Assembly: GCA_964583765.1 (NCBI GenBank)
Contig: CAZOWW010000003.1
Span: 6,552 to 70,551 of the forward strand
Source of the DNA: an uncultured Kineosporiaceae bacterium
GTDB taxonomy: Bacteria; Actinomycetota; Actinomycetes; Actinomycetales; Kineosporiaceae
Length of the DNA stretch: 64,000 nucleotides
Direction: 5' to 3'
Part shown: in pieces, positions 54,073-63,083 of the stretch
How positions within the stretch are numbered: position 1 is the stretch's first letter
How the letters are laid out: every line of letters starts with the position of its first letter
Notes under the pieces: model-generated
What the model was told of the DNA's origin: nothing
Databases searched by the model: none
Seen by the model: the letters and a program-made list of their open reading frames with translations, nothing else
Made by a program: the position numbers and the translations under genes

Positions 54073-57051
54073 TCAGTGAAGGAGCACGTTCAGCAGGACG
54101 AAGACCACCGGGGCCGAGGGCAACAGGGAGTCGAGGCGGTCCATGACCCCCCCGTGGCCCGGCAGGATGCTGCTCATGTCCTTGATGCCCAGATCCCGCT
54201 TGAGCAGGGACTCGGCCAGGTCACCGAGCGTCGCCGAGACGACGACCGCGGCTCCGATCACCGCCCCCACCCAGAGCTGGCCGTGCAGCCAGTAGTGGAT
54301 GCTCGCCGACCCACTGGCCATGCAGGCCACGGTCGACCCGACGAAGCCTTCCCAGGACTTCTTGGGGCTCACCTTGGGCGCCATCGGGTGCTTGCCGAGC
54401 GTGGCGCCCACGGCGTACCCGCCGATGTCGCTGGAGATGGTCACCAGGACGAAGACGAGCACCCGCACCGGACCTTCGGAGCTCGCCAGCAGCAGGATCG
54501 CGAAGCCTGCGAGGAACGGTACGTAGGCCGCGGTGAACACCCCGGCCGCCACATCGCGGACTGCTCCCCCGATGCCGTCGATGAGCCGCCACAGCAGCAT
54601 GCCGAAGGCCGTCAGGGAGAACGAGACGAGCAGCCCCTCCTCACCCGCCACGTAGGCGGAGATGAGCATGCCGATCGACCCGACCGCGAGCGGGATCACC
54701 GGGATGGTGATGCCCTTGCTGGACACCGCGCCGGCGATCTCCCAGACGCCCACGACGACCGCGAAGCAGGCCAGACCGATGAAGACCTCCTTGCGGAAGG
54801 CAAGGCTGGCGTAGACCGCGCTGCCGAGCAGCAGGCCCACGCCGATGGCCGCGGGCACGTTGCGCCCGCCTCGGCGCCGCGTCGGCACGGGTGTGGGCGC
54901 GGTCACCGGGGGCGTGCGGTCCTTGGCAACCGCCTGCTTCTTGCCCGGCTTCTCCTTGGGCGCCTTGTCCTTCGCGCCGGAGCCGCGTCCGGACCGGCCG
55001 GTCGTCGCCCCGGCGCCGGCGATCGCCTCGTCGAGCGAGGCGAAGACCTCGTCGTCCACCGCCGGCGGCATCCGCAGCAGGTCCGTCTCCTCGAAGGGAT
55101 CCGGAGCCGCCGGTGACAGGCGCGAGGGTGGAGCCGGCGGAACGGGGACCCCTGCACGGGCGGACGCCGGGGCTCCGCGGCCCTGCTTCTGGCCACCCTT
55201 GCGCCCCCGGGCCGACTGGCCGGAGTGCGCGGGCGGGAAGACGTCGTCGACGGAGGCGATCTGGATCGTCTGCTCCCCGGTGTCCGGGGTCGCGCCACGG
55301 GCAAGAGAGCCGGTTCCGGCAGCGGCGGCCGAGGCGGCCCCGGGGACAGCGCCCGTGCTCGTGGCCGCCGTTGCGCCTGTGTGCCGACGCCAGGCGGCGG
55401 TGTCACCGAACTGATCCCCACCCAGCGGCCCGGTGGCCGGCGAACGGTCGGACCCCGCCCGGGGCTGGGACAGCCCGCTCGGAACGGACGGCGCGCTCCC
55501 CGTGGCACCGCCGCGGGCGATGCCGAGACCGCTGTCCAGGTCGATGAATCGATCAGGACCCGACTCCGACGCGGCTGCCGACGGTTCGGACCGCGAGAAC
55601 CGGGCGGCCACGTCGTCCAGGGCCAGCCAGGAGCCCGTGACCGGATCGACCCGTCCGAGCTGGCCGGTGTAGAGCCCCGGCGGCGTGGGGGTCGTTCCCT
55701 GGGCGTCGTACCGCACCGTGCCCGCGTCGTACCGACCAGGATCGTGCTCGACTCCCCGCCGGCTGCTTGGCACCTGGCTCGGTGACGACGGCGGGTACGA
55801 CGGGGTCCCCGGGTAGGACGAGCCGGCACCCCTGGGGTCCTGGTGGCCGGCGGGGTTCTGGTACCCACTGGGGTCTTGGTAACCACCGGGGCTCTGGTAG
55901 CCACCGGGGCTCTGGGACGACGCACCGGGGAGGGAACCGGTGGCGGGGTCCCACGGCGCGGTCGAGTCGCGGTACAGCGAGTCGCGGTACGAGGAGCCGC
56001 TGCCGGACGACGGGCGATAGGGCGCGGGCTCCGGCGCGGGCGGCCGGATCGGGGACGTGTCCAGCGCGTCCGGGTACACCGGGGCCGGAGGGGAGTAGCG
56101 AACCGGTCCTGCCGCCGTCGGCGGGTACTGCGAGTAACCCGCACCCGAGGGAGCGGAACCGCCGTAGCGGGACTCGGCCGCGTAGGGATCGCCGCCGGAC
56201 CGAGGGCCGGGGGCCGCTCCACCGGACTGCCCGTAGCCGCGGTTGACCGGATACGAGCCGGTGAAGGGATCGGCGTCGTACCCGAGACGACCGCCGGAGG
56301 TCATCGGGCCCGAGGAGGGAGGCGGGTAGGAGCCCGTGGCGGGCGACGCCGGCGGGTAGGAGCCGGAGTCCCGAGCGCTCGGCAGGTAGGGCTGTGACGG
56401 AGCGGCCGGGTAGGACTGGGAGGAAGACGGGTAGGGCTGCGACGGAGCGGCCGGGTAGGACTGCGACGGGTAGGAGCCCGTCCGGTAGGGATCCGGAGCA
56501 CCGGAGGTCTCGTACCCTCCGCCGGTCTCCCGGGCCCCGCCGGGCCGCGACTCGGCCCTGCGGCCCGTCTCACCCTGCACCGGCTGGGAGCCGGGGACCT
56601 GGGGCATGGAACCACTGCGCCCGGCGTCGAACAGTCCGGGACCACCCGGCGCCGGTCGCGCCGCGGGCGCCCCGAAAGCGCCGGTGTCCGGGGGCGCTGC
56701 GGGCGCGCCGAAGGCGGACCCTCCGGAGCCACCCCCGCGTCCTCGGGCCCACCAGGGCATCGCTCCCTCGGCCGGGGCATCGCCTCTGCCCGCGCCGGGA
56801 GCACCACCGCCCGGCCCCTGCCCCGAGGCCGGCCAGCTCGACTGCGCGGACCCCTGGGCGGGCGTCGGGTCGGGCCAGGATCCCCGCGACGGCGGGAGGT
56901 CCGAGCTCGGCCGGGAAGGCGTCGGCGACTGCACACCGACGATGTCGGCCCACGACTCGTCCCCGTCCGCGCCTGGCGCGGACGGGGGTTCGGCGCGATC
57001 CGGTCGACGGCGACGCAGTGGCTGTTCGCCCGGCCAGGGTCCTTGATCCAC
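54073..57051 (-). CDS. cdsA: phosphatidate cytidylyltransferase (CdsA) core fused in-frame to a low-complexity N-terminal region of about 660 aa; start uncertain (GTG 57051, or internal ATG 55071 for the core only)
   Basis: The C-terminal 270 aa or so are canonical CdsA (...KKSWEGFVGS..., ...ILPGHGGVMDRLDSLL...). The frame has no stop back to 57051, which is 1 nt after the frr TAA. See the findings for the coding evidence on the extension. Confidence 0.7.
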   Translation of the reverse strand: MDQGPWPGEQPLRRRRPDRAEPPSAPGADGDESWADIVGVQSPTPSRPSSDLPPSRGSWPDPTPAQGSAQSSWPASGQGPGGGAPGAGRGDAPAEGAMPWWARGRGGGSGGSAFGAPAAPPDTGAFGAPAARPAPGGPGLFDAGRSGSMPQVPGSQPVQGETGRRAESRPGGARETGGGYETSGAPDPYRTGSYPSQSYPAAPSQPYPSSSQSYPAAPSQPYLPSARDSGSYPPASPATGSYPPPSSGPMTSGGRLGYDADPFTGSYPVNRGYGQSGGAAPGPRSGGDPYAAESRYGGSAPSGAGYSQYPPTAAGPVRYSPPAPVYPDALDTSPIRPPAPEPAPYRPSSGSGSSYRDSLYRDSTAPWDPATGSLPGASSQSPGGYQSPGGYQDPSGYQNPAGHQDPRGAGSSYPGTPSYPPSSPSQVPSSRRGVEHDPGRYDAGTVRYDAQGTTPTPPGLYTGQLGRVDPVTGSWLALDDVAARFSRSEPSAAASESGPDRFIDLDSGLGIARGGATGSAPSVPSGLSQPRAGSDRSPATGPLGGDQFGDTAAWRRHTGATAATSTGAVPGAASAAAAGTGSLARGATPDTGEQTIQIASVDDVFPPAHSGQSARGRKGGQKQGRGAPASARAGVPVPPAPPSRLSPAAPDPFEETDLLRMPPAVDDEVFASLDEAIAGAGATTGRSGRGSGAKDKAPKEKPGKKQAVAKDRTPPVTAPTPVPTRRRGGRNVPAAIGVGLLLGSAVYASLAFRKEVFIGLACFAVVVGVWEIAGAVSSKGITIPVIPLAVGSIGMLISAYVAGEEGLLVSFSLTAFGMLLWRLIDGIGGAVRDVAAGVFTAAYVPFLAGFAILLLASSEGPVRVLVFVLVTISSDIGGYAVGATLGKHPMAPKVSPKKSWEGFVGSTVACMASGSASIHYWLHGQLWVGAVIGAAVVVSATLGDLAESLLKRDLGIKDMSSILPGHGGVMDRLDSLLPSAPVVFVLLNVLLH

Positions 57052-57052
57052 G

Positions 57053-57610
57053 TTATACCTCGAGCAGTTCTGTCTCCTTGTGGCGCAGCAGATCGTCGAT
57101 GCTCTCGACGTACCGCTTCGTCACCTGCTCCAGCTCCTTCTCGGCCCGTCCGACCTCGTCCTCGCCGGCCTCGCCGTCCCGCATGATGCGGTCGAGTTCT
57201 TCCTTGGCACGCCGGCGCACGTTGCGCACGGAGACCCGTGCGTCCTCCGCCTTGTGCTTGGCAATCTTGATGTACTCGCGCCGACGTTCCTGGGTGAGTT
57301 CAGGCAGGACCACCCGGATGATGGAGCCGTCGTTGCTGGGGTTCACCCCGAGGTCGGAGTCCCGAAGGGCCCGCTCGATGGCTCCCATCGCGCTGCGGTC
57401 ATAGGGAGTGATCACCACGACGCGTGCCTCCGGCGTGGCGAACGACGCCAGCTGCTGCAGAGGAGTCGGTGAACCGTAGTAGTCCACGTGAATCTTGGTG
57501 AAGAGGGATGGGTTGGCCCGTCCCGTACGGATCGCCGCGAAGTCATCCTTGGCCACGTCGACCGCCTTGCTCATCTTCTCCTCCGCTTCGAGGAGAGTGT
57601 CGTCGATCAC
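57053..57610 (-). CDS. frr: ribosome recycling factor
   Basis: The 185-aa product ...[34 protein letters not shown]...ITPYD... is the canonical Frr sequence. The start is GTG, preceded by GAAGGAG. Confidence 0.97.
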   Translation of the reverse strand: MIDDTLLEAEEKMSKAVDVAKDDFAAIRTGRANPSLFTKIHVDYYGSPTPLQQLASFATPEARVVVITPYDRSAMGAIERALRDSDLGVNPSNDGSIIRVVLPELTQERRREYIKIAKHKAEDARVSVRNVRRRAKEELDRIMRDGEAGEDEVGRAEKELEQVTKRYVESIDDLLRHKETELLEV

Positions 57611-57695
57611 CGTCGCTCCTTCATCCGGCCTTCATGCGGCCCTCGTTGGCACTGCTCGCCTGCGCACGGCCCGCCCGGCGCAGCGGGTGGTTCGA

Positions 57696-58499
57696 TCAGC
57701 CGGCGGTGACGAGCGTGCCGATCCTCTCACCTCGGACCGCCCTGGCCACGTTTCCCTCACCCTCCATGCCGAACACAATCATGGGCAACCTGTTGTCCAT
57801 GCACAGGCTGAACGCGGTCGCGTCCACCACCCGGAGTCGCCGGCGCAGCGCCTCCACGTAGGTGACCTCGTCCAGCTTGACGGCCGTGCTGTCCACGCGA
57901 GGATCGGCAGTGTAGACGCCGTCGACCCCACTCTTGCTCATCAAGACGACGTCCGCACGGATCTCCAGCGCGCGCTGGGCGGCGGTCGTGTCCGTGGAGA
58001 AGTACGGCGCGCCCAGACCGGCCCCGAAGATCACGACCCGGCCCTTCTCGAGGTGGCGGATCGCGCGTCGCGGGATGTACGGCTCGGCGACCTGCCCCAT
58101 GGTGATGGCGGTCTGCACGCGTGTGTCCACACCGCGCTGTTCGAGGAAGTCCTGCAGGGCGAGGCAGTTCATAACCGTACCGAGCATGCCCATGTAGTCG
58201 GCCCGGGACCGGTCGAAGCCACGCTGGGACAGCTGGGCCCCCCGGAAGAAGTTGCCACCACCCACGACGACCGAGACCTGCACGCCCTCGCCCACCACGG
58301 TGGCCAGCTGGCCGGCCAGCACGCTCAGCACATCGGGGTCGATGCCCAGCCGCCCGTTACCGAACACCTCGCCGGACAGCTTGAGCACGACGCGACCGTA
58401 CCGCGAGTCCCGGGAGTCGGCGGCAGGCTCCTGCCACGGTTCACCGATCGGTTCGGCCGTCCCGGTCCCGCTCCCCTGCTGCGCCACGCTCGTGGGCAC
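57696..58499 (-). CDS. pyrH: UMP kinase
   Basis: [12 protein letters not shown]...[11 protein letters not shown]...[13 protein letters not shown]...[18 protein letters not shown]... are the UMP kinase motifs. I prefer the GTG at 58499 (7 nt after GAGGAG). The GTG at 58505 and the tracked 58544 are alternatives. Confidence 0.93.
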   Translation of the reverse strand: MPTSVAQQGSGTGTAEPIGEPWQEPAADSRDSRYGRVVLKLSGEVFGNGRLGIDPDVLSVLAGQLATVVGEGVQVSVVVGGGNFFRGAQLSQRGFDRSRADYMGMLGTVMNCLALQDFLEQRGVDTRVQTAITMGQVAEPYIPRRAIRHLEKGRVVIFGAGLGAPYFSTDTTAAQRALEIRADVVLMSKSGVDGVYTADPRVDSTAVKLDEVTYVEALRRRLRVVDATAFSLCMDNRLPMIVFGMEGEGNVARAVRGERIGTLVTAG

Positions 58500-58713
58500 G
58501 GTCACTCTCCTCTGCTCAGGGGGCCCCGGATGCCCGGAGCCCACGCGTCGACCGGCCCCGACGGCCGGCCCGTCCCCCAGAAGTCTGCACCACGGACGGA
58601 CCGTCAGCGCACGGACACCTTCAGCACTGGTTTTCCCGCAGGCTCCCCGTGCGCCCGCCGCCGGTCGGCTGCCCGTGGTGGGACGGTCGAGCTCAGGCCC
58701 GGGCGGGAAGACG

Positions 58714-58756
58714 GACGACGGCTCCCCACCCGCGGAGCGGGTGGGGAGCCGTCGTC
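58714..58756 (-). terminator. strong hairpin 20 nt downstream of the tsf stop
   Basis: GACGACGGCTCCCCACCCGC-GGA-GCGGGTGGGGAGCCGTCGTC forms a 20-bp perfect stem. Confidence 0.7.
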
Positions 58757-58776
58757 ACTTCGTGCGGGGTACCTGC

Positions 58777-59604
58777 TCAGGCACCGACCCGGAACCGGGC
58801 GAAGCCGGTGGCGTTCACGCCGGCCTCGGCGAGAACCTGCGAGACCACCTTGCTCTGGTCCTTGGCGAACTTCTGCTCGACCAGCACGTTCTCCTTGAAG
58901 AAACCGGACAGCCGACCCTCGACGATCTTGGGGAGCGCGCCCGCGGGCTTGCCCTCCTCGCGAGCGGTCTCCTCCGCGATGCGCCGCTCGTTGGCCACCA
59001 CGTCCGCCGGCACGTCCTCGCGGCTCAGGTACTTGGGCGGCAGCGCCGCGATGTGCAGCGCGACGTCCCGGACCACGTCCGCGGCGCCGTCCGCACCGAG
59101 CAGGACGCCGACCTGCGGGGGCAGGTCCTTGCTCGTCTTGTGCAGGTAGCTGACCACGTAGGGAGCCTCGAGACGGGCGACCCGACGAACCTCGATCTTC
59201 TCGCCGATCATGGCGCTGGAGTCCTTCACGAGCTCGGCCAGGGTCCGTCCGGGCTCGACCTCGCTCGCGAGGAGGGAGGCGGCGTCCTCGGCCTTGACGG
59301 CCACGGCCTGCGCCAGCACCTGGTCGGCCAACTCCTGGAACTTGCCGCCCTTGGCGACGAAGTCGGTCTCGCAGTTCACCTCGACCAGCACACCCACGCC
59401 GTCGCCGACGTAGGTGGCGACCAGGCCGTTGGAGGCCGTCCGGCTCTCCCGCTTGGCCACACCGGCCTGGCCCTTGATGCGAAGGTGCTCCACGGCTTTG
59501 TCGAAGTCGCCCTCGTTGCTCACGAGAGCGTTCTTGCAGTCGAGCATTCCGGCGCCGGTGAGCTCACGCAGCCGCTTCACGTCGGCGGCGCTGATGTTCG
59601 CCAT
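58777..59604 (-). CDS. tsf: translation elongation factor Ts
   Basis: [45 protein letters not shown] is the canonical EF-Ts N-terminal UBA-like domain. Confidence 0.97.
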   Translation of the reverse strand: MANISAADVKRLRELTGAGMLDCKNALVSNEGDFDKAVEHLRIKGQAGVAKRESRTASNGLVATYVGDGVGVLVEVNCETDFVAKGGKFQELADQVLAQAVAVKAEDAASLLASEVEPGRTLAELVKDSSAMIGEKIEVRRVARLEAPYVVSYLHKTSKDLPPQVGVLLGADGAADVVRDVALHIAALPPKYLSREDVPADVVANERRIAEETAREEGKPAGALPKIVEGRLSGFFKENVLVEQKFAKDQSKVVSQVLAEAGVNATGFARFRVGA

Positions 59605-59660
59605 GACTTCCTGGCTCCTGTCTGATCAGTCTGAAGGGGGTTTCGCGGGCGGCGCGCGCC

Positions 59661-60572
59661 TCAGGCCGAGGGGGCCTCGGGCGCTGCCTCGGCGGCGGCC
59701 TCGGGCTCGGCGGCGACCTCAGCCTCTGCAACAACCTCGGGCTCGACGGCGACCTCGGGCTGGGCGGCAGCCTCGGCCTGAGCAGCGGCCTCGGCCTGGC
59801 CGGCGAGCAGCTCGCGCTCCCACTCGGCCAACGGCTCGTCGGTGGCCACGGCACCGCGCTCGGGCGCGGGCTCATTGCCCCGCGAGCGGGTGAGCAGACC
59901 GTCGGCCACGGCGTCGGCGATCACCCGGGTGAGCAGGGTGACCGACCGGATCGCGTCGTCGTTGCCGGGGATCTTGTAGTCGACCTCGTCGGGATCGCAG
60001 TTGGTATCGAGGATGGCCACGACGGGGATCCGCAGCTTGCGGGCCTCGTCCACCGCGAGGTGTTCCTTCTTGGTGTCGACGATCCACAGCGCGCTCGGGA
60101 CACGCGACATGTCGCGGATACCGCCCAGGGTGCGCACGAGCTTGTCCTTCTCGCGGCGCAGCACCAGCAGTTCCTTCTTCGTCATGCCGCTGTTCGCGAC
60201 GTCGTCGAAGTCGATCTCCTCGAGCTCCTTAAGGCGCTGGAGGCGCTTGTGCACCGTGCTGAAGTTGGTCAGCATGCCGCCCAGCCAGCGCTCGTTCACG
60301 TAGGGCATCCCGACCCGGGAGGCCTGCTCGGCGATCGGCTCCTGCGCCTGCTTCTTGGTGCCGACGAACATCACGGAACCGCCGTGGGCGACGGTCTCCT
60401 TGACGAACTCGTAGGCGCGGTCGATGAACGACAGCGACTGCTGCAGGTCGATGATGTAGATGCCGTTGCGCTCGGTGAAGATGAACCTCTTCATCTTCGG
60501 GTTCCAGCGACGGGTCTGGTGCCCGAAGTGAACCCCGCTCTCCAACAGTTGGCGCATCGTGACGACTGCCAT
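59661..60572 (-). CDS. rpsB: 30S ribosomal protein S2 (with an Ala/Glu/Pro-rich C-terminal tail)
   Basis: [43 protein letters not shown] is the canonical S2 N-terminus. The ATG at 60572 follows GAGGGGTG. The tail [37 protein letters not shown] is repetitive. Confidence 0.96.
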   Translation of the reverse strand: MAVVTMRQLLESGVHFGHQTRRWNPKMKRFIFTERNGIYIIDLQQSLSFIDRAYEFVKETVAHGGSVMFVGTKKQAQEPIAEQASRVGMPYVNERWLGGMLTNFSTVHKRLQRLKELEEIDFDDVANSGMTKKELLVLRREKDKLVRTLGGIRDMSRVPSALWIVDTKKEHLAVDEARKLRIPVVAILDTNCDPDEVDYKIPGNDDAIRSVTLLTRVIADAVADGLLTRSRGNEPAPERGAVATDEPLAEWERELLAGQAEAAAQAEAAAQPEVAVEPEVVAEAEVAAEPEAAAEAAPEAPSA

Positions 60573-60876
60573 TGCGAACACCCCTCAACGCGCCGTGCCA
60601 CCGGCTCGACGCCTCGGTTCCTCACCTCCCCCAGGTGGGGGTGGTGCCTGGCGCCCGTGACCCCCCGCACCGCCACTGTTCCTGCCGGGGCGGGTCTTCC
60701 TGCCGGGCAGATCCTCGTGACGGACCGAGCGGGGTGGCCCTTCACCGCAAGGGCGACGAACGGGCGCGCGAAGTGGCCGGCTACACCGGCCTGCAGGCAT
60801 CGTAGGCCTGCCTCGTACGGCCACCAAAACCGGAATCGCCGTCCGCGCCGGAACCGCCCGGGCAGATGTCTGTCGT
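60573..60876 (-). promoter_or_regulatory. long (about 300 nt) rpsB upstream region / 5' leader
   Basis: The region is non-coding in all frames. In gene sense it contains small hairpins (GCCCTT-CACCGC-AAGGGC at about 60738-60755; CCCCCA-CC-TGGGGG near 60627-60640) and a duplicated CCCGGCAGGAA. Confidence 0.35.
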
Positions 60877-62046
60877 TCACCGGGTCGGACGGTCGCTCCC
60901 GCGGTTCTCGGAGGCCGAGCGGGAAGGCTCAGCTGCCGGACCTGGTGGCGGTGCGGTCGAGGAGCGCACCACCAGGGAAGGCGTGAACATGCGTTCCTGG
61001 TGCACGTGACCGGGCCCTCTCCGGCCGCCGGACCGGTCCCCCTGGCCCTGGGCCACCTCGTCGCCGCGGCCCGCCTGCACCTCCACGATCAGGAGATCCG
61101 CGGCCGCACGACCGAGCTCGTAGATCGGTCGGCGGACGGTCGTCAGCGCGGGCGTGACGGCTGCCGCCGCCGTGATGTCGTCGTAGCCGATCACGGACAG
61201 CCGCTCGGGCACGGCGATCCCGAGCCGGTGCGCGGCGCCCAGCACCTGGACCGCGGTGTCGTCGTTGAGGCAGGCCAACGCGGTGGGCGCCTCGGACATC
61301 GACAGCACCTCGCGCAGCAGTGCCTCCGCCGACTCCCAGGACGGTGCCGCGGGCAAGGTGCGGACGACCAGCTGAGCGGCGGGATCGAGCCCGGCGGACC
61401 GCAGGCCCCGGTGGATCCCCTCCAGGCGGTCCCGCACCGGTTGCACGTCCGCCGTGCCCCGCCGCACGAAGGCAAGTCTGCGGTGCCCCAGCGAGAGGAG
61501 ATGGGTGACGACCAGTTCCCCGCCCCGGACGTGATCGACCGCAGCCGCGCACAGGTCGACGTCCCCGCGACGGTGGTCGACGAGGACGACGGGCGTCCCG
61601 CCGGCGTGCACCTGCACCAGCTCGTCCAGCTCCGGACCCATCGGACTGACCACGATGCCCAACACGCCCTGCTCGCGCAGCATGTGCAGGTAGCGCACCT
61701 CCCGCGCAGTGTTCGTGTCGGTGTTGCAGACCAGCAGCATGCGCCCGTCCTCCACCAGACGGTCCTCCACGCCGCGGGCCAGTTCGGCGAAGAACGGGTT
61801 GCGGGAGTCCATCAGCACGCAGGCCGCGACCGGGCTCCCGACCCCGCGGAGTTGCCGGGCGATCCCGTTGCGGACGTACCCCACCTCGCGGACGGCGGCC
61901 TCGACCCGCTCGCGGGTGGCGGCGGCCACGACCTCGGGATGGTTGAGCACATTGCTGACCGTCGACATCGACACCCCGGCCCGCGCGGCGACCGCACGCA
62001 ACCCGGGCTGCCCCGTGGACCTGCTCGACCGCGTGGGCACCGTCAC
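60877..62046 (-). CDS. LacI family transcriptional regulator
   Basis: LRAVAARAGVSMSTVSNVLNHPEVVAAATRERVEAAVREVGYVRNGIARQL is the HTH_LacI motif, followed by a periplasmic-binding-protein-like effector domain. The start is GTG. Confidence 0.9.
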   Translation of the reverse strand: MTVPTRSSRSTGQPGLRAVAARAGVSMSTVSNVLNHPEVVAAATRERVEAAVREVGYVRNGIARQLRGVGSPVAACVLMDSRNPFFAELARGVEDRLVEDGRMLLVCNTDTNTAREVRYLHMLREQGVLGIVVSPMGPELDELVQVHAGGTPVVLVDHRRGDVDLCAAAVDHVRGGELVVTHLLSLGHRRLAFVRRGTADVQPVRDRLEGIHRGLRSAGLDPAAQLVVRTLPAAPSWESAEALLREVLSMSEAPTALACLNDDTAVQVLGAAHRLGIAVPERLSVIGYDDITAAAAVTPALTTVRRPIYELGRAAADLLIVEVQAGRGDEVAQGQGDRSGGRRGPGHVHQERMFTPSLVVRSSTAPPPGPAAEPSRSASENRGSDRPTR

Positions 62047-62117
62047 CCCCCTCTGCTGCCGCGAACGATAGTCGACACCCGGACGCGTCCGCCTGATCCG
62101 GCCCGCTCTGCGACCCC

Positions 62118-62244
62118 CCGTCCACGGTCACCGTGCCCCAGGCCCTGCACACAGGCCGCCGGACCGCAGCACCGTCCACAGCTCAGCGAGGCGCAGGCAC
62201 CGTCCTCCGTCCACAGGCCGTCCGACCGCCGGCTCCGTCCACTG
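62118..62244 (+). promoter_or_regulatory. four CCGTCCAC boxes in the LacI / M23 peptidase divergent region
   Basis: CCGTCCACGG (62118-62127), CCGTCCACAG (62172-62181), CCGTCCACAG (62217-62226) and CCGTCCACTG (62235-62244), all in the same orientation, lie 50-175 nt upstream of the M23 peptidase start. Confidence 0.35.
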
Positions 62245-62293
62245 CCCGAGATGACGACGCCCCCGGAACCGACGCGGCGAGAAGGCTGCGGCC

Positions 62294-63028
62294 ATGCCCG
62301 ACCGCACCGACCCAAGGCTGCCTGCCGGCCTGCTCGCACTGACCTGCGCCCTCGTGGCCCTCGTGGTCGCCGGTGGCCGCGTGATCGCTGTCGGCGATCC
62401 GTTCCCTGGCCGCGGCCAGGGCTCCAAGGTCCATTCGGCACCCTCCGGGGCAGAGCGGGTGACGGCCGGAAGCCAGGCGGCCCAGCTCCTGCCGGATGCC
62501 CTGCCCGCAGCCATCCAGACGTCCCCGGCCGGAGCGTCGGACCTCGCCTCCCCGCAATCGCCGGCTCCGAGTACCGGGACCGCAGGCCCAGCCCCCGGGA
62601 GCTCCCCCGGAGGCTGGGCCTGGCCGTTGGTCCCCGTCCCCGCCGTGTTGCGGGAGTTCATCACCGGTCCGGAGCCCTGGTCACCCGGGCATCGAGGAGT
62701 CGATCTCGCGGCCGTCCCTGGCCGGCCGGTGCGGGCGGCGTCGGCGGGAGTCGTCAGATTCGCCGGCGCGGTCGCCGGCCACCACGTGCTGGTGCTCGCC
62801 CACGACGGCGGGATCCTGACGAGCTACGAACCGGTACGGTCCGAGCTCCCTGTGGGCACCAGCGTTCCGGCGGGAGCGGTCATCGGGGTGTTGGACGGCA
62901 GCTGGCCCACGCACTGCGCCGATCGTTGCCTGCACTGGGGCGCCCGTCTCGACGGACGTTACCTGGACCCGTTGACGCTGCTGGGTCTGCACCCGCCTGC
63001 CCCCGTGCTCCTGCCCCTCGGGGGTTGA
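62294..63028 (+). CDS. M23 family metallopeptidase (secreted peptidoglycan endopeptidase-like)
   Basis: There is an N-terminal signal/TM segment LPAGLLALTCALVALVVAG. The C-terminal ...WSPGHRGVDLAAVPGRPVRAASAGVVRFAG...HVLVLAH... is the HxxxD / HxH LytM-type motif. Confidence 0.88.
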   Translation: MPDRTDPRLPAGLLALTCALVALVVAGGRVIAVGDPFPGRGQGSKVHSAPSGAERVTAGSQAAQLLPDALPAAIQTSPAGASDLASPQSPAPSTGTAGPAPGSSPGGWAWPLVPVPAVLREFITGPEPWSPGHRGVDLAAVPGRPVRAASAGVVRFAGAVAGHHVLVLAHDGGILTSYEPVRSELPVGTSVPAGAVIGVLDGSWPTHCADRCLHWGARLDGRYLDPLTLLGLHPPAPVLLPLGG

Positions 63029-63083
63029 GGGTGCTCGGGGACCGGTTCTGAGCGACCCAGAGTCGGCCACCGATGCCGGGGCG

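Noticed and set aside
54903-56936. Alternative minus-strand ORFs (54903-56222, 56301-56936, 56570-56953) and plus-strand ORFs (54845-55414, 55843-56397, 56394-57404) overlapping the cdsA N-terminal extension.
   Set aside because: All of them are Arg/Pro-rich off-frame products. The 54073-57051 frame is the only one with Tyr/Gln/Ser-rich composition, ordinary-looking segments and the highest third-position G/C in my hand counts.
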